A DNA stretch of 64,000 nt from Eledone cirrhosa (taxonomy: Eukaryota): NCBI GenBank assembly GCA_964016885.1, contig OZ024745.1, forward strand, positions 43,958,001 to 44,022,000, written 5' to 3'. The notes beneath the pieces are model-generated. The model searched no databases. It saw only the letters and a program-made list of their open reading frames with translations, and was not told the DNA's origin. Position numbers and translations under genes: made by a program. Positions 27,624 to 40,104 of this stretch are shown here, one piece after another. Positions within the stretch are counted from its first letter, which is position 1; every line of letters begins with the position of its first letter.

Positions 27624-29192
27624 TTTGATGCAGTTGTAGGGGCGTTGTAGTGACATATGTATGGACCAGTAACTCTTGATGCAGTTGTAGGGGCGTTGTA
27701 GTGACATATGTATGGACCAGTAACCCTTGATGCAGTTGTAGGGGCGTTGTAGTGACATATGTATGGACCAGTAACTCTTGATGCAGTTGTAGGGGCGTTG
27801 TAGTGACATATGTATGGACCAGTAACTCTTGATGCAGTTGTAGGGGCGTTGTAGTGACATATGTATGGACCAGTAACTCTTGATGCAGTTGTAGGGGCGT
27901 TGTAGTGACATATGTATGGACCAGTAACCCTTGATTGATGCAGTTGTAGGGGCGTTGTAGTGACATATGTATGGACCAGTAACCCTTGATTGATGCAGTT
28001 GTAGGGGCGTTGTAGTGACATATGTATGGACCAGTAACCCTTGATTGATGCAGTTGTAGGGGCGTTGTAGTGACATATGTATGGACCAGTAACCCTTGAT
28101 GCAGTTGTAGGGGCGTTGTAGTGACATATGTATGGACCAGCAACTCTTGATGCAGTTGTAGGGGCGTTGTAGTGACATATGTATGGACCAGTAACCCTTG
28201 ATGCAGTTGTAGGGGCGTTGTAGTGACATATGTATGGACCAGCAACTCTTGATGCAGTTGTAGGGGCGTTGTAGTGACATATGTATGGACCAGTAACCCT
28301 TGATGCAGTTGTAGGGGCGTTGTAGTGACATATGTATGGACCAGTAACCCTTGATGCAGTTGTAGGGGCGTTGTAGTGACATATGTATGGACCAGTAACC
28401 CTTGATTGATGCAGTTGTAGGGGCGTTGTAGTGACATATGTATGGACCAGTAACCCTTGATTGATGCAGTTGTAGGGGCGTTGTAGTGACATATGTATGG
28501 ACCAGTAACCCTTGATTGATGCAGTTGTAGGGGCGTTGTAGTGACATATGTATGGACCAGTAACCCTTGATGCAGTTGTAGGGGCGTTGTAGTGACATAT
28601 GTATGGACCAGCAACTCTTGATGCAGTTGTAGGGGCGTTGTAGTGACATATGTATGGACCAGTAACCCTTGATGCAGTTGTAGGGGCGTTGTAGTGACAT
28701 ATGTATGGACCAGCAACTCTTGATGCAGTTGTAGGGGCGTTGTAGTGACATATGTATGGACCAGTAACCCTTGATGCAGTTGTAGGGGCGTTGTAGTGAC
28801 ATATGTATGGACCAGTAACCCTTGATGCAGTTGTAGGGGCGTTGTAGTGACATATCTATGGACCAGTAACCCTTGATGCAGTTGTAGGGGCGTTGTAGTG
28901 ACATATGTATGGACCAGTAACCCTTGATGCAGTTGTAGGGGCGTTGTAGTGACATATGTATGGACCAGTAACCCTTGATGCAGTTGTAGGGGCGTTGTAG
29001 TGACATATGTATGGACCAGTAACCCTTGATGCAGTTGTAGGGGCGTTGTAGTGACATATGTATGGACCAGTAACTCTTGATGCAGTTGTAGGGGCGTTGT
29101 AGTGACATATGTATGGACCAGTAACTCTTGATGCAGTTGTAGGGGCGTTGTAGTGACATATGTATGGACCAGTAACTCTTGATGCAGTTGTA
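27624..29192. repeat. Tandem array, 51-bp unit with 55-bp variants, about 30 copies
   Basis: Unit ttgatgcagttgtaggggcgttgtagtgacatatgtatggaccagtaac(c/t)c. Variants carry an extra ttga. Confidence 0.97.
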
Positions 29193-31978
29193 GAGGAACG
29201 CTACATACAGTGTGTCTCGTTGATTTTAAAAACCTGGCTGAACCCATCCCTTCTTCAGGTCTAAATACTGTTGATTTCCTCTAGAGAAGGAAAGGGGGTG
29301 AGAAAAATGTATAGGGGAAGAGATGACGCCAATATCGAACTGATCCTTTTTTGTCAATCTCCAAAGGAGGTTAAGTTGACCTCACCGAATTTTGAACTTG
29401 GAGCACAAATAACACAAAGTATTCTATCCGACGTTTTAACGACTCTGCTACTTCTCCATCTATTGCCAGCATTAAACAGTCGGCTAACTGAATCTACTAG
29501 AACCTACCATTCTAAACTGGTAGGTTCTGCTATTATTGAGGAGTGGTTTAACCGGTGTCGACATCGTTTTTCATTTGTCCATTATGTAAAAAAGAGATCC
29601 TTGTAATGTATGCGATGTCACTTTAGTCAAATATATCCCCGTGTTGTGAATTTGATGTTTTGTTCCAAGATTGAAAGAGGTGGTGACCACCATAAACTAA
29701 AAGTAGTTTCCGATTTTTAATATTTCCGGTTTCATATCACTTACATTATGGAGAAAAAGTTATAGAGGAAGAAACGACGCCAATATTGGACTGGTACTTT
29801 TTGCACATTACAAACCTTCAGTTATCTCTTAATATCTGACTACATGCTTATGAAAAGACCAATCATCACAACGTGTTAATGTTTGTAGAAGCTGGTGAGA
29901 ACAGTGCAAACATTTTATATGAGACCAACGTTACATAATTGCTGCCTTGTTCAGGACTAAAATAGTTTTTGTCCCATGCGATATATTAGATCTTTCTGAA
30001 CTTAGCAAAGAATTTAATTTAACGGGAAGTTTCATGAGACGGTCGTATTCTTGGTGTAGAATTTTATACTGAGAGTGGAGATAATACAGTTCTTTTATAC
30101 TATGTAAGTAGCACTTCAATTAAAAGTACTATGGAACCTTTCTCGTATAACATAATCCTATTCTATAACAAGGATAAATACTTATTTTATACAATAACAC
30201 GCGGTCTTAAGAACCGTGAGTTCGACTCACAGAACGGACGGCGCATTGTGTCCTTGAGCAAGACATTTCATTTTGCGTTGCTTCAATCTACTAAGCCGAA
30301 AAAATGAGTACCAAATGCGACCATGCCAGACGAATTCTAGTATTCTATATGGCTTAACGCCTTATAAAACCGGGATAAGCTCCGACGTGATGAGGATAAC
30401 CTAGCAGATGTCATTGCTCAATGATCCCGTGACTCCTAATGGGGTCACAGGGACGCTGTAATACGGCTTTTTAAGCCTGGCGGTGCCCATCCCACTTTCG
30501 ATTAGAAACACACGATTGCTTCCAGAGTGGTTGAATGTGTGTGTGTGAAAGAGAGAGAGGGAGAGAGAGAGAGGGAGAAGGAGAGAGAGAGAGAGAGAAT
30601 TTAGTACCGGACTGGTACGTTATTTATCAACTTTGAAAGGATGAAAGGCAAAATTGACCTCAACGAGATTTGAACTCAGAATGCGGAAACCCGGAATGAA
30701 GCATAAAACATTTTATCCGACGCCCAAACGACTCTGCTAATTCGCCACCAGAGATATTCAGGTATGAAATCAAATGGTAGCTGACATAATCTTGTGTGAT
30801 AACGGTATTATCAGTGGCGACTTCAGCACATGACTTCTGGGATGTATTTTGAACAGAGTAGTCCTCAAAACATAAAATGAAAATAAATATTAGTTAATAA
30901 CTTCATTTGTATTTAAGAAAGTGATGTAGTTTGACGAAGGGATTTTATGCCGAAATGTTAAGGACTAAATAAACATCCCCAAGTATCGATTTAGATAAAT
31001 TGGTAGACACATTTCCTTTTCTTGCATCCCAAACGAATGATTCTTGTAGAATTAGGTAAACAATTAGATGCAGTAAAAAGTCTTACAAAAAAATATTGTT
31101 TTTTAATTTATCTAAATCGATACTTTTGTCCTTTTGAATGTGAATTAATCTGAGGGGAGAAAGTTTTCTTGATTCATGGATACACTTATATATGTATGAA
31201 GTTATATCAGACTGCAATATTTGTTCCCACGGTAGTTCATATGTGTCGCTAGTTCAATTATGATGACGTTTTGGGTGGCAAGACTAGCTCACCTAATAAC
31301 GTTGCTATCAACTCATTTTGACCTCCATAATCTGGCTTTCAACACCCCATTGGCCAGGCTCCAATCACAGGCTGTAGACACTTTCTGTATGATGTTTAGA
31401 AATTCAGTTACTGAGTCTAGTTTTGGGACCACAAAAGTATAAATAGCAATGAAATATGCCAGCTGTCAGAGGGAAGTAGATGTTTAAACCAGTTTACGTT
31501 ACTTTGTTCTCTCACCTCTATTTTTTTCTCATTGTTATTTCTTTGGCATTGTCACACAGACTTTGAAATCATATTATACATATAACGCCTGCAATCTTAT
31601 CTTCATAAATATTTTGACTTCACAAAAACAAAATATGTTTGAACATTTTTTTTGTCTATTCCACATTTTCACAACCGTATTTTATAAACAATTCTTAATG
31701 TTACACCTGTGGTGTTGAATTCTGTAACTTTGTAAATATAATCATAAACCACGTGTCGTGTAAATAAAAGCAAATATTGTACATAACATCTTCCGAGTTA
31801 TCTATGATCAAACTATAATATACCAATTTCCTCAACTGGTGACCCACGACATTTCCAACACAGCACAATATATATGCAGTGAAACGGCTTCGTATGAAAC
31901 TTTTCCTCGGTAAAAACAACTCATTATTGCAACTGAGATGCCCACTTACATTCTAAGTCTCCATTTTCACTGGAAATA

Positions 31979-32174
31979 TAGGGTGGGCCAAAAGTCATTT
32001 CTTATTTTTTTAAATTCACATTTTTTTTTATTATAAATTTTTTTTCTTTCAGATTAAAGTCGAATAAAAACAAGACGCGATTATGAAATTTAATTTTTTT
32101 AAAAATTAGTTTTGATTTAATTTGTAATATTTTATTAATAGAAATAGGTAAAAAGTGACTTTTGGCCTACCCTG
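31979..32174. mobile_element. Tc1/mariner-type MITE
   Basis: TIRs tagggtgggccaaaagtca / tgacttttggcctaccctg, flanked by TA. Confidence 0.8.
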
Positions 32175-32382
32175 TATTTTCTATCGACATCTATGGGAAT
32201 ACCTGTTAGAAAATTACAACCCTTTTGGCCAGTCATCTTTACGGTTTACTCGTGTTGAAACACAACCTACAAGAGGAATTATTGTGTTACTGGTTTCTTT
32301 GCAGCCTGCAATAACCCAGAGATTTATAACCGTATTTCTTATTTAGATCAAAGAAAATTACAGAAGTGGAATATACAGTGTA

Positions 32383-32419
<37 letters not shown>

Positions 32420-33147
32420 CGATCGACTTTCGTCAAATCGGACCGAGGGAACAATGTTTCCGTTGGTCTTTCCAATTGCTAATACTATCTATCGGTCGCA
32501 ACTCCAGGTAGAAGGAGCAACGTGAAATAAAGTGTCTTGCTCAAGGACATAACGCATCGCCTGGTCCAAGAATCGAACTCACAACCTTACGATTGCGAAT
32601 CCAATTCTCTAACCACTCAGCCACACTGTAATCTACGGCACTATGTCTAGGAGTTGTCGAATTCGTGATAATAGTTGGAAGGGTTTACAGCCATCTAACT
32701 CGTCCACTTCTGTAATTTTCTTTGATCTAAATGAGAAATACGGTTATAAATCTCTGGGTTATTGCAGGCTGCAAAGAAACCAGTAACACAATAATTCCTC
32801 TTGTAGGTTGTTTCACCACGAGTAAACCGTAAAGATGACATATATATGTATATATACATATATATATATGTATATAATATATACAACGTCAATTAGATCC
32901 CTAGGGATTTTTGTACAAGTTGAAAACATGTTATGTATACATATATATAAATCTATATATAACATGTACATGCACACTTACAATCCACCGCCATTGTAAG
33001 TTTGAATCTAACTGACATGCAAAATCATATATATAAAGTAAGCCCAAATCATAGTAGATTCAAATATCACAGAGAGAAAGAGAGGGGGGGGGGGATTAGA
33101 TGCAACAGAACTGAAACATTAATTACAGGTTAAAATATAGTCTAGAT

Positions 33148-34149
33148 CACAGGTTCTCAACCCATTTAGGCCAAACGCCCCCTTTTGTCCCTCGAAATCA
33201 TGAAACGCCCCCCCCCCCCCCTATTTTTCCATTTTTCAATATACTACTGATTTTTATATCAGCAGATTACTAAAAAGTTGATTAACAATATTCCAAAGAT
33301 GTGTGTATTATCTGATTATGTGTTGTATGTGGTCCTAGATGTGTGTATTATTTGATTATGTGTTGTATGTTTGTGGTCCTAGATGTGTGTATTATCTGAT
33401 TATGTGTTGTATGTGGTCCTAGATGTGTGTATTATTTGATTATGTGTTGTATGTGGTCCTAGATGTGTGTATTATCTGATTATGTGTTGTATGTGGTCCT
33501 AGATGTGTGTATTATCTGATTATGTGTTGTATGTGGTCCTAGATGTGTGTATTATCTGATTATGTGTTGTATGTGGTCCTAGATGTGTGTATTATCTGAT
33601 TATGTGTTGTATGTGGTCCTAGATGTGTGTATTATCTGATTATGTGTTGTATGTGGTCCTAGATGTGTGTGCTACTCGCTTCTGTTTTTTATTTTATTTT
33701 TTTTTTATTTGTAATATTATTTATACAATAGGCAATAAAATAGATCTACATAGTGTTAACTCATTGCGGTTGAGTCAATAATTTCAGACATGAAATACAT
33801 TGTTATCGGTGAAAGAAAAATAAGATTCTAACTGGCTGCGCTCAAAGTTCTTTGACCCAGTTGACTGTGGGTTTTTCCATTGTTAGGATCTCAATTACCG
33901 GTTAACGTCTCAATTACTGCCGTCAGACTATAGTTATGCTGTCTGCAAGCTCATTCAAATGCATTCACACTGGCTGTCTCAAAGACATACAAATATGGCT
34001 TATAAAACTTACCAAAATAAAGAGCCTTCCAGCCCCCCCCCCCCCCCAGCTCCAAACGCCCCCCTAACGCGACCTTGCTCCCAAATATGCCACCCTGGAG
34101 TTCCGAAACGCCCCCCGGGGGTGCATATGCCCCCCGTTGAGAACCTTTG
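33148..34149. mobile_element. Non-autonomous hAT element containing a 40-bp tandem array
   Basis: TIRs cacaggttctcaac / gttgagaacctttg and perfect 8-bp TSD gtctagat. The internal array is at 33297-33670. A partial second copy lies at 43675-43988. Confidence 0.92.
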
Positions 34150-34722
34150 GTCTAGATAGATGAGAAACAAAACGAGGATGTAGTTTATGGGAGACCCAAA
34201 TGATTTAGAAGTCGACCTTAAGTAGGAGCAATAACATTAAGAAAGACATGAACGACTCCACAACATTTTGTTTTGAAAATTTTGAAAGTAGGTTTATAAG
34301 TATGAATTTTCATAAGATTTTCGTAGTTGTCTCTGTGGCCTAGCGGTAGGTGTTAGAGACGGTGGAGGTCCTAGCCTGGTTAATAAGTACATGTAACCTT
34401 TTTCAGTTTTTATTTTACAACCAATAGAAAAAAAACTGAAAAGGTTTACCGGGAACCCTACTCCCGACCAGAATCGAACTTCAGAGCAGGATCACCACCG
34501 TCTATGATTCTTCCAGACAGGCCGCCGAGACAGCTACAAAAGTGATATAAGAATTAATAATTATAAACCTACTTTCAAAATCAAAATTTAAAAGATGTGG
34601 TGTCGTTCATGGCTTTCCTAGAGCTACTAGTTATATGTAGGGTCGACTTGTCAATCTTCTGGCTCTTTGGTAACAACCTTATTATTCCTATGTGTGTTTA
34701 ACTGTTGAATTAATTTAATTTG

Positions 34723-34758
<36 letters not shown>

Positions 34759-34778
34759 CAATATATATATATATATAT

Positions 34779-34984
34779 AACGAAGGAAATGTGGTAAGGA
34801 ACCAGATGGACCATAACGCACCAAAGTACTCAATACTTAGAGTAGTAGAGTGGCTAATAGGAACGAGTAGGACCCCGACAGCAGAGCTCAAGCCGTTTCG
34901 ACGGCTAATTCTGGACTAAAAACTTTTTAGTCCAGAATTAGCCGTCGAAACGGCTTGAGCTCAGGCGTGGGGGTCCTACTCGTT

Positions 34985-34988
<4 letters not shown>
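34779..34988. mobile_element. Fold-back B-family element in (TA)n
   Basis: Inverted arms 34857-34988 centred on ctaaaaactttttag, plus a 78-bp unpaired tail on the left arm. Confidence 0.8.
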
Positions 34989-35042
<54 letters not shown>

Positions 35043-35698
35043 CAGTAGCGGATTGGCTAGGTTGCTCTATGGTAAGTGGACCCGCAGTAGCATTGCAGGG
35101 TCCACTGTAGTATTTTAGGGGCCAATGCTTAGCTTTCAAAAAATACCTGAAGTCTAAGATAAAGAATAATCAAAACAAAATAAATAAATAAAACAATTAA
35201 GCAAAGCTTTGGTCAACCAATTCCCCAGGGAACCAAAATATATGATAGTGCAAATAGCTGGAATCAGTGGTTGTAGATTCTACTAAATCTTAAACTTAGT
35301 GTATTCATGCAAACATACATATATACATATATAGACACAAACACACAAGCATATATATATATATATATATATATATGCATATATATATACTTACAGATAC
35401 ACACGAACTACTGACCAAATAATGTTTGGTACCAATGGGTTAAAGACATCTGTCAAATCATTTAGTGGTGAAGGTGGTGTATATATATATATATATATTG
35501 GTAAACGGAATAGAAAATGCTGACAAATTGTTCACAGTTGAAAAATGGTTTAATTAGGAATAAAAGAGTATTAGTGATTGTATGGGTTAGTATTCAGTTG
35601 TGGTTTTAAGTTTTTAAGTTTTTACCGGTTGCGCATTTCTAAATGCTTTTCAAAAATAATTTTGAGATAGAGTGTCCGTGCTGTTTGCTCTGATCTCA

Positions 35699-35744
<46 letters not shown>

Positions 35745-36019
35745 TCCATCGCTGTTTTGTTACTGTTTCTCTTTTCTTCCCCCTTTGCTTTCCTTCCCTC
35801 CTTCCTTCCTTTTCCCAATAACTTATCCAATTATTGACGCCCCGGGGTGAAGTGGTATCTTGTCTTTAAAGCATAGAAATATCCTAGATCCCCAGTAGAC
35901 AACTGATGAGGACCCCCCCCCCCCCCATCCCCTGTTCTTGCTTTCTTCGAATTCCCACCGTATTTTAAGTTACCTTAAATAGCAACTACACAGCCATTTC
36001 TATTCTCCATATATATATG

Positions 36020-36100
<81 letters not shown>

Positions 36101-36458
36101 TGATTGTGAAAGACCAAAGGTCAATATTGAAAATCTCTGGATTTCGCAAAATACATATTTTTTATTGTCTACGAGGTTGAAAATGTCATACTCGTGGTGT
36201 AATTATACTATATTATTCGTTAGTAATACTATAACAGATTTTTCTTTCACTGGATAGTGTTGTATAGTTCAGTAAATATTTAGATAGATATTTTTTTCCT
36301 TTTTAGTTTCGTGTTTACAATTAGCTGTCATTTCAGTTCAGAGTAGATTAAACCTGACCATTTGTTTATCTAAACAAAACATTGTTGCTATTGTATAGTA
36401 TTTTCTGTTTAGAAATTATCTGAAATTTGTTGAAGTATTTTGAATTATAAAACCTGAC

Positions 36459-36544
36459 CTCAATACATGAAATTGTGTATGTTGGACCTTCGTAGACTTC
36501 GACAATGATTGCGCCTGTTGTACGAACAGCAGAACAGCCTGCTC
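36459..36544 (-). CDS. Candidate exon with weak profilin C-terminal resemblance
   Basis: ttcatttcAG|..|GTcagg flanks. Encodes (G)AGCSAVRTTGAIIVEVYEGPTYTISCIE. Confidence 0.3.
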
Positions 36545-36679
36545 CTGAAATGAACGTGCAAGTGGTTAAGAATTTTACAGACATATGTACTCTTAATGTC
36601 TGACAAGCCTGGTCCATTGACGTTTATATATATCCTATGCAGCGAGAAATATGTAATCAGCAATCGGTTTATTGATTTA

Positions 36680-37131
36680 AGGCAAAGAGGCTCTTAAGAG
36701 TCAATAGCCATCCAAAATCACCGGGAGAGATGACCCCTTAGCCTTTGTCAAGGCAGAATTCTAGGAGAAGGAAAACTCTGATATAACACCTGCAACCCTG
36801 ATGGTATCCAATGATGTTGAATTGTTCTTCTTTTTGGTAAATATCATCTTGGTTAAGAGAGTGGGACTGGCTTTGTGCAGTGCCTTTGCTCACTATAAAA
36901 GCTTCACAGCACAGGCATTGCTTTATATCTGGAGATCTCTCTGCACTTGTCGTCACATGGTACCATGGGCCCAGCACTATGTGTCAATAATTGTCACAAG
37001 TGTAGTGTTTGTACCAGAGTTTTCAAGTCGCTGGCTGGACTAAAAAGTCACATTCGTTCAGCGCATTGGTAGGGGTTCTCCTACATGGATATAAAGTAGT
37101 GGCCGTACTCGAAAACGAGTTGGCAGCCACC
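36680..37131 (+). mobile_element. Probable internally deleted RTE-type non-autonomous element
   Basis: 5' motif tctaggagaaggaaaactctga. Terminal C2H2 finger HKCSVCTRVFKSLAGLKSHIRSAH with stop at 37070-37072, then a ctcgaaaacgag stem-loop and (TA)n. Confidence 0.55.
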
Positions 37132-37258
37132 ATATATATATATAGGAACGAGTAGGGGTCCTACTCGTTCCTATTACCCACTCTACTACCCTAAGTATTG
37201 AGTACTTTGGTGCGTTATGGTCCACCTGGTTCCTTACCACATTTCCTTCGTTATATAT

Positions 37259-37310
<52 letters not shown>

Positions 37311-37332
37311 TAACACAACAGTTAGTTCACCA

Positions 37333-37375
37333 TACTGAGAACCATTGTTTCACCTTAGCGGATCCTCAGCTCGTA
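37333..37375 (-). ncRNA. Minimal hammerhead ribozyme, left arm of a palindrome
   Basis: tacgag-CTGAGGA-tccgctaaggt-GAAA-caatgg-TT-ctcagta. Stem III loop is mutated. Confidence 0.65.
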
Positions 37376-37401
37376 ATAGACATGGTTATAACCATGTCTA
37401 T

Positions 37402-37444
37402 TACGAGCTGAGGATCCGCTAAGGTGAAACAATTGTTCTCGGTA
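37402..37444 (+). ncRNA. Minimal hammerhead ribozyme, right arm of a palindrome
   Basis: tacgag-CTGAGGA-tccgctaaggt-GAAA-caattg-TT-ctcggta, with palindromic stem III. Confidence 0.78.
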
Positions 37445-37521
37445 TGGTGAACTAACTGTGTTACCACTTCTACCTAACTCGTCCCATGGACTGAGTGCTC
37501 TACCACTCCAGTGTTCTACTT

Positions 37522-37646
<125 letters not shown>

Positions 37647-38119
37647 GAGAAGAAAGAATACTGCGTGGTTGCACATGGGTTACATATGATAAAAATAGTC
37701 CTTCGTCAGTGATTTTCCAACCTTCATTGGTATTTCATCGCTTTAAAAATCATATACCTCCGGTTGGTGCGAGCAATAGCCAAATAAAGCTATTGGGACA
37801 AGTAAATCGCGTAAAGCGAGTGAGACAAGTAAACAAACATAGAAGGATGATAGCAACGCAAAGATAGAGGAAAACAAGTAGCATGGGAATCCGGTCAGCT
37901 TAAGCTGAGTGGATTTCATGAGCGAGCATATTACAGACCGTCCGACGTGAGTGAGATGTGAGCAAGATGAGAACCCACTACATGCCAAACGGGAGGAAAG
38001 TGGTAAAGAACCAGGTGGACCAGAAGCTCGGCTATTCATATACCAGGATAAAAATGTTCGTTTAGTCCAGAAGTAGCCGTCGAAATGGCTTGAACTCAGC
38101 CGTCGGGGTCCTACTCGTT

Positions 38120-38193
<74 letters not shown>

Positions 38194-38195
<2 letters not shown>

Positions 38196-38500
38196 GTAAT
38201 ACGACAGCTTCACTTTTCAGTAATCAGAAGGTAGATAGGCGAAAAAGCCAAACTCGCCATCTTCAATTCAGTTTTCGTGCCAACCCATGGTCATGAATCT
38301 TGAGTAATGACCGAAAGAATACGATCGCGAATACAAGCGGCTGAGATGGGATTCCTCCAAAGGGTCTTTCAAGTAACGTTACACGATAGTGTGTAGCTCG
38401 GAGATCAGAGTGTCACTCCAGGTAGAGCCGCTAGTTCTACGAATTGAGTGATCACAGCTCCGATACTATGGGCATGTGGTTAGAATGTCTTAAGAAAGAA
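38194..38500 (+). mobile_element. RTE-clade LINE fragment, C-terminal to RT
   Basis: KAKLAIFNSVFVPT..HGHES*VMTERIRSRIQAAEMGFL..SSEIR..LQVEPL..QLRYYGHVVRM. Confidence 0.85.
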
Positions 38501-38601
38501 TACACACACACATATATGCAGGCTAAAGACTGTAACAATAGAATACAGTCACTCTTATACGTTCAGTTGTAAGCGTTAATTAAAGGATTTGCATTGTCAG
38601 C

Positions 38602-38674
38602 GGGCTTGTGGCGCAACGGATAACGCGTCTGACTACGGATCAGAAGATTCCAGGTTCGAATCCTGGCAAGCTCG
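38602..38674 (+). tRNA. tRNA-Arg(ACG)
   Basis: 73-nt canonical cloverleaf GGGCTTG..CTGACTACGGATCAG..GGTTCGAATCC..CAAGCTCG, with a T9 terminator at 38681. Confidence 0.96.
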
Positions 38675-38819
38675 AATTGCTTTTTTTTTCTTTTATCAGT
38701 ATAATATATATTGTTATAATTTGTGAGGGTCATGCTGCCAATAAAATAATATATATTAATCAAGATATAATATATATATATATATTATATACATAAATAA
38801 GCAAACGAAAAAAAAAGTT

Positions 38820-38892
38820 CGAGCTTGCCAGGATTCGAACCTGGAATCTTCTGATCCGTAGTCAGACGCGTTATCCGTTGCGCCACAAGCCC
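38820..38892 (-). tRNA. tRNA-Arg(ACG), identical inverted copy
   Basis: Exact reverse complement of 38602-38674, followed by a T-run on the minus strand. Confidence 0.96.
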
Positions 38893-40022
38893 GCTGACAG
38901 CTCACACTTTTTAATTAACATTAACAACTGTCACTGAACGTATAAGAGTGACTGTTTTCTATTGTTACAGTCTTTAGCCTGCAAATACCGAATGTTAGCT
39001 GTTTATCTCAGTCCTACTTATGTTTAGAAGTTGCTAATACTATTTCATTTCTTCTATAGGACGTTTTTTTTTTCTAGATCCCAATCGCAAAAAATATGTT
39101 CAACCTGGAAATTTACACCATTAATAAAACAAACACCGGGGGGACCCTACCTCGGATGCATTTGTTTCAAGTATTTAGCGAAGGATAAACGTGGCTAAAG
39201 GCAACACGATGAAGCAATGTTAATTGAAGTAAGCCAGCTTGCCAGTTTAGCTGTCACACTATGCTATTCTCATAAAGAAGGCAACTAGCTTGAAAAGAAT
39301 TATTTCGTGTTTACGCATGCGTGTATGTAAAATTAAACACGGGCCCAGCCGACATTATATATATATATATATATTCCTTTTCTCTAACACCACTCCTCTC
39401 GAAACAACTGGTATTTATAGCAACAACTAACTTAGTAATCCTTGAGTATTCTACAAAGACGGAAGTCGAGTGATGGCATACACCCACCAGACTGAAAAAA
39501 CGCAAACTATTTTTTAAACCCTAAAGTTATCGTAAAAGGACACAAACTTCAAAGTAGTTTGAATAATTCTAAAACAAGTCACATCAGTCAATATATTACA
39601 CAAGTAACTAAAAGAAAGAATAATTCCATTGTTTCTCATGATTTTGTTCCTTTTTTCCCAAATTCTTTTTTTTTTTTTTTTTTTTGTTTCTCCTTTCTCA
39701 TTCTTGATACGGAAATATGAGCCTGCTGGTTGGTATTTTTAGAAAGACTCTTGCCTTCCTGTCAATAGATATCAGTGATAAGGAGAAAAAAAATCTAATG
39801 AAAGTGAAAAGAAAAAAGGGTGTGAGCGCCAAGAAAGATACCAGTGAGACAACTTCTCTGATATACATCATTTTTCAAGCAGGCAAACAGAATATTATTT
39901 CGTTCCTTGTGACTCGGGTTTTTTGTATTTTTTAAACAGTTATGTCACCGAATGACCTCGTAGAATATGTCTGACTGGCGGGCTCACTATCATTCTTTCA
40001 TTCTACTTTTTTTCTTCTTCCC

Positions 40023-40104
<82 letters not shown>

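Noticed and set aside
29931-30119. 62-aa minus-strand ORF as an exon
   Set aside because: No recognisable domain and no convincing donor site.
30981-31125. 21-bp perfect inverted repeat as a MITE
   Set aside because: No TSD or family-type terminus, and a single copy in the window. Left unclassified.
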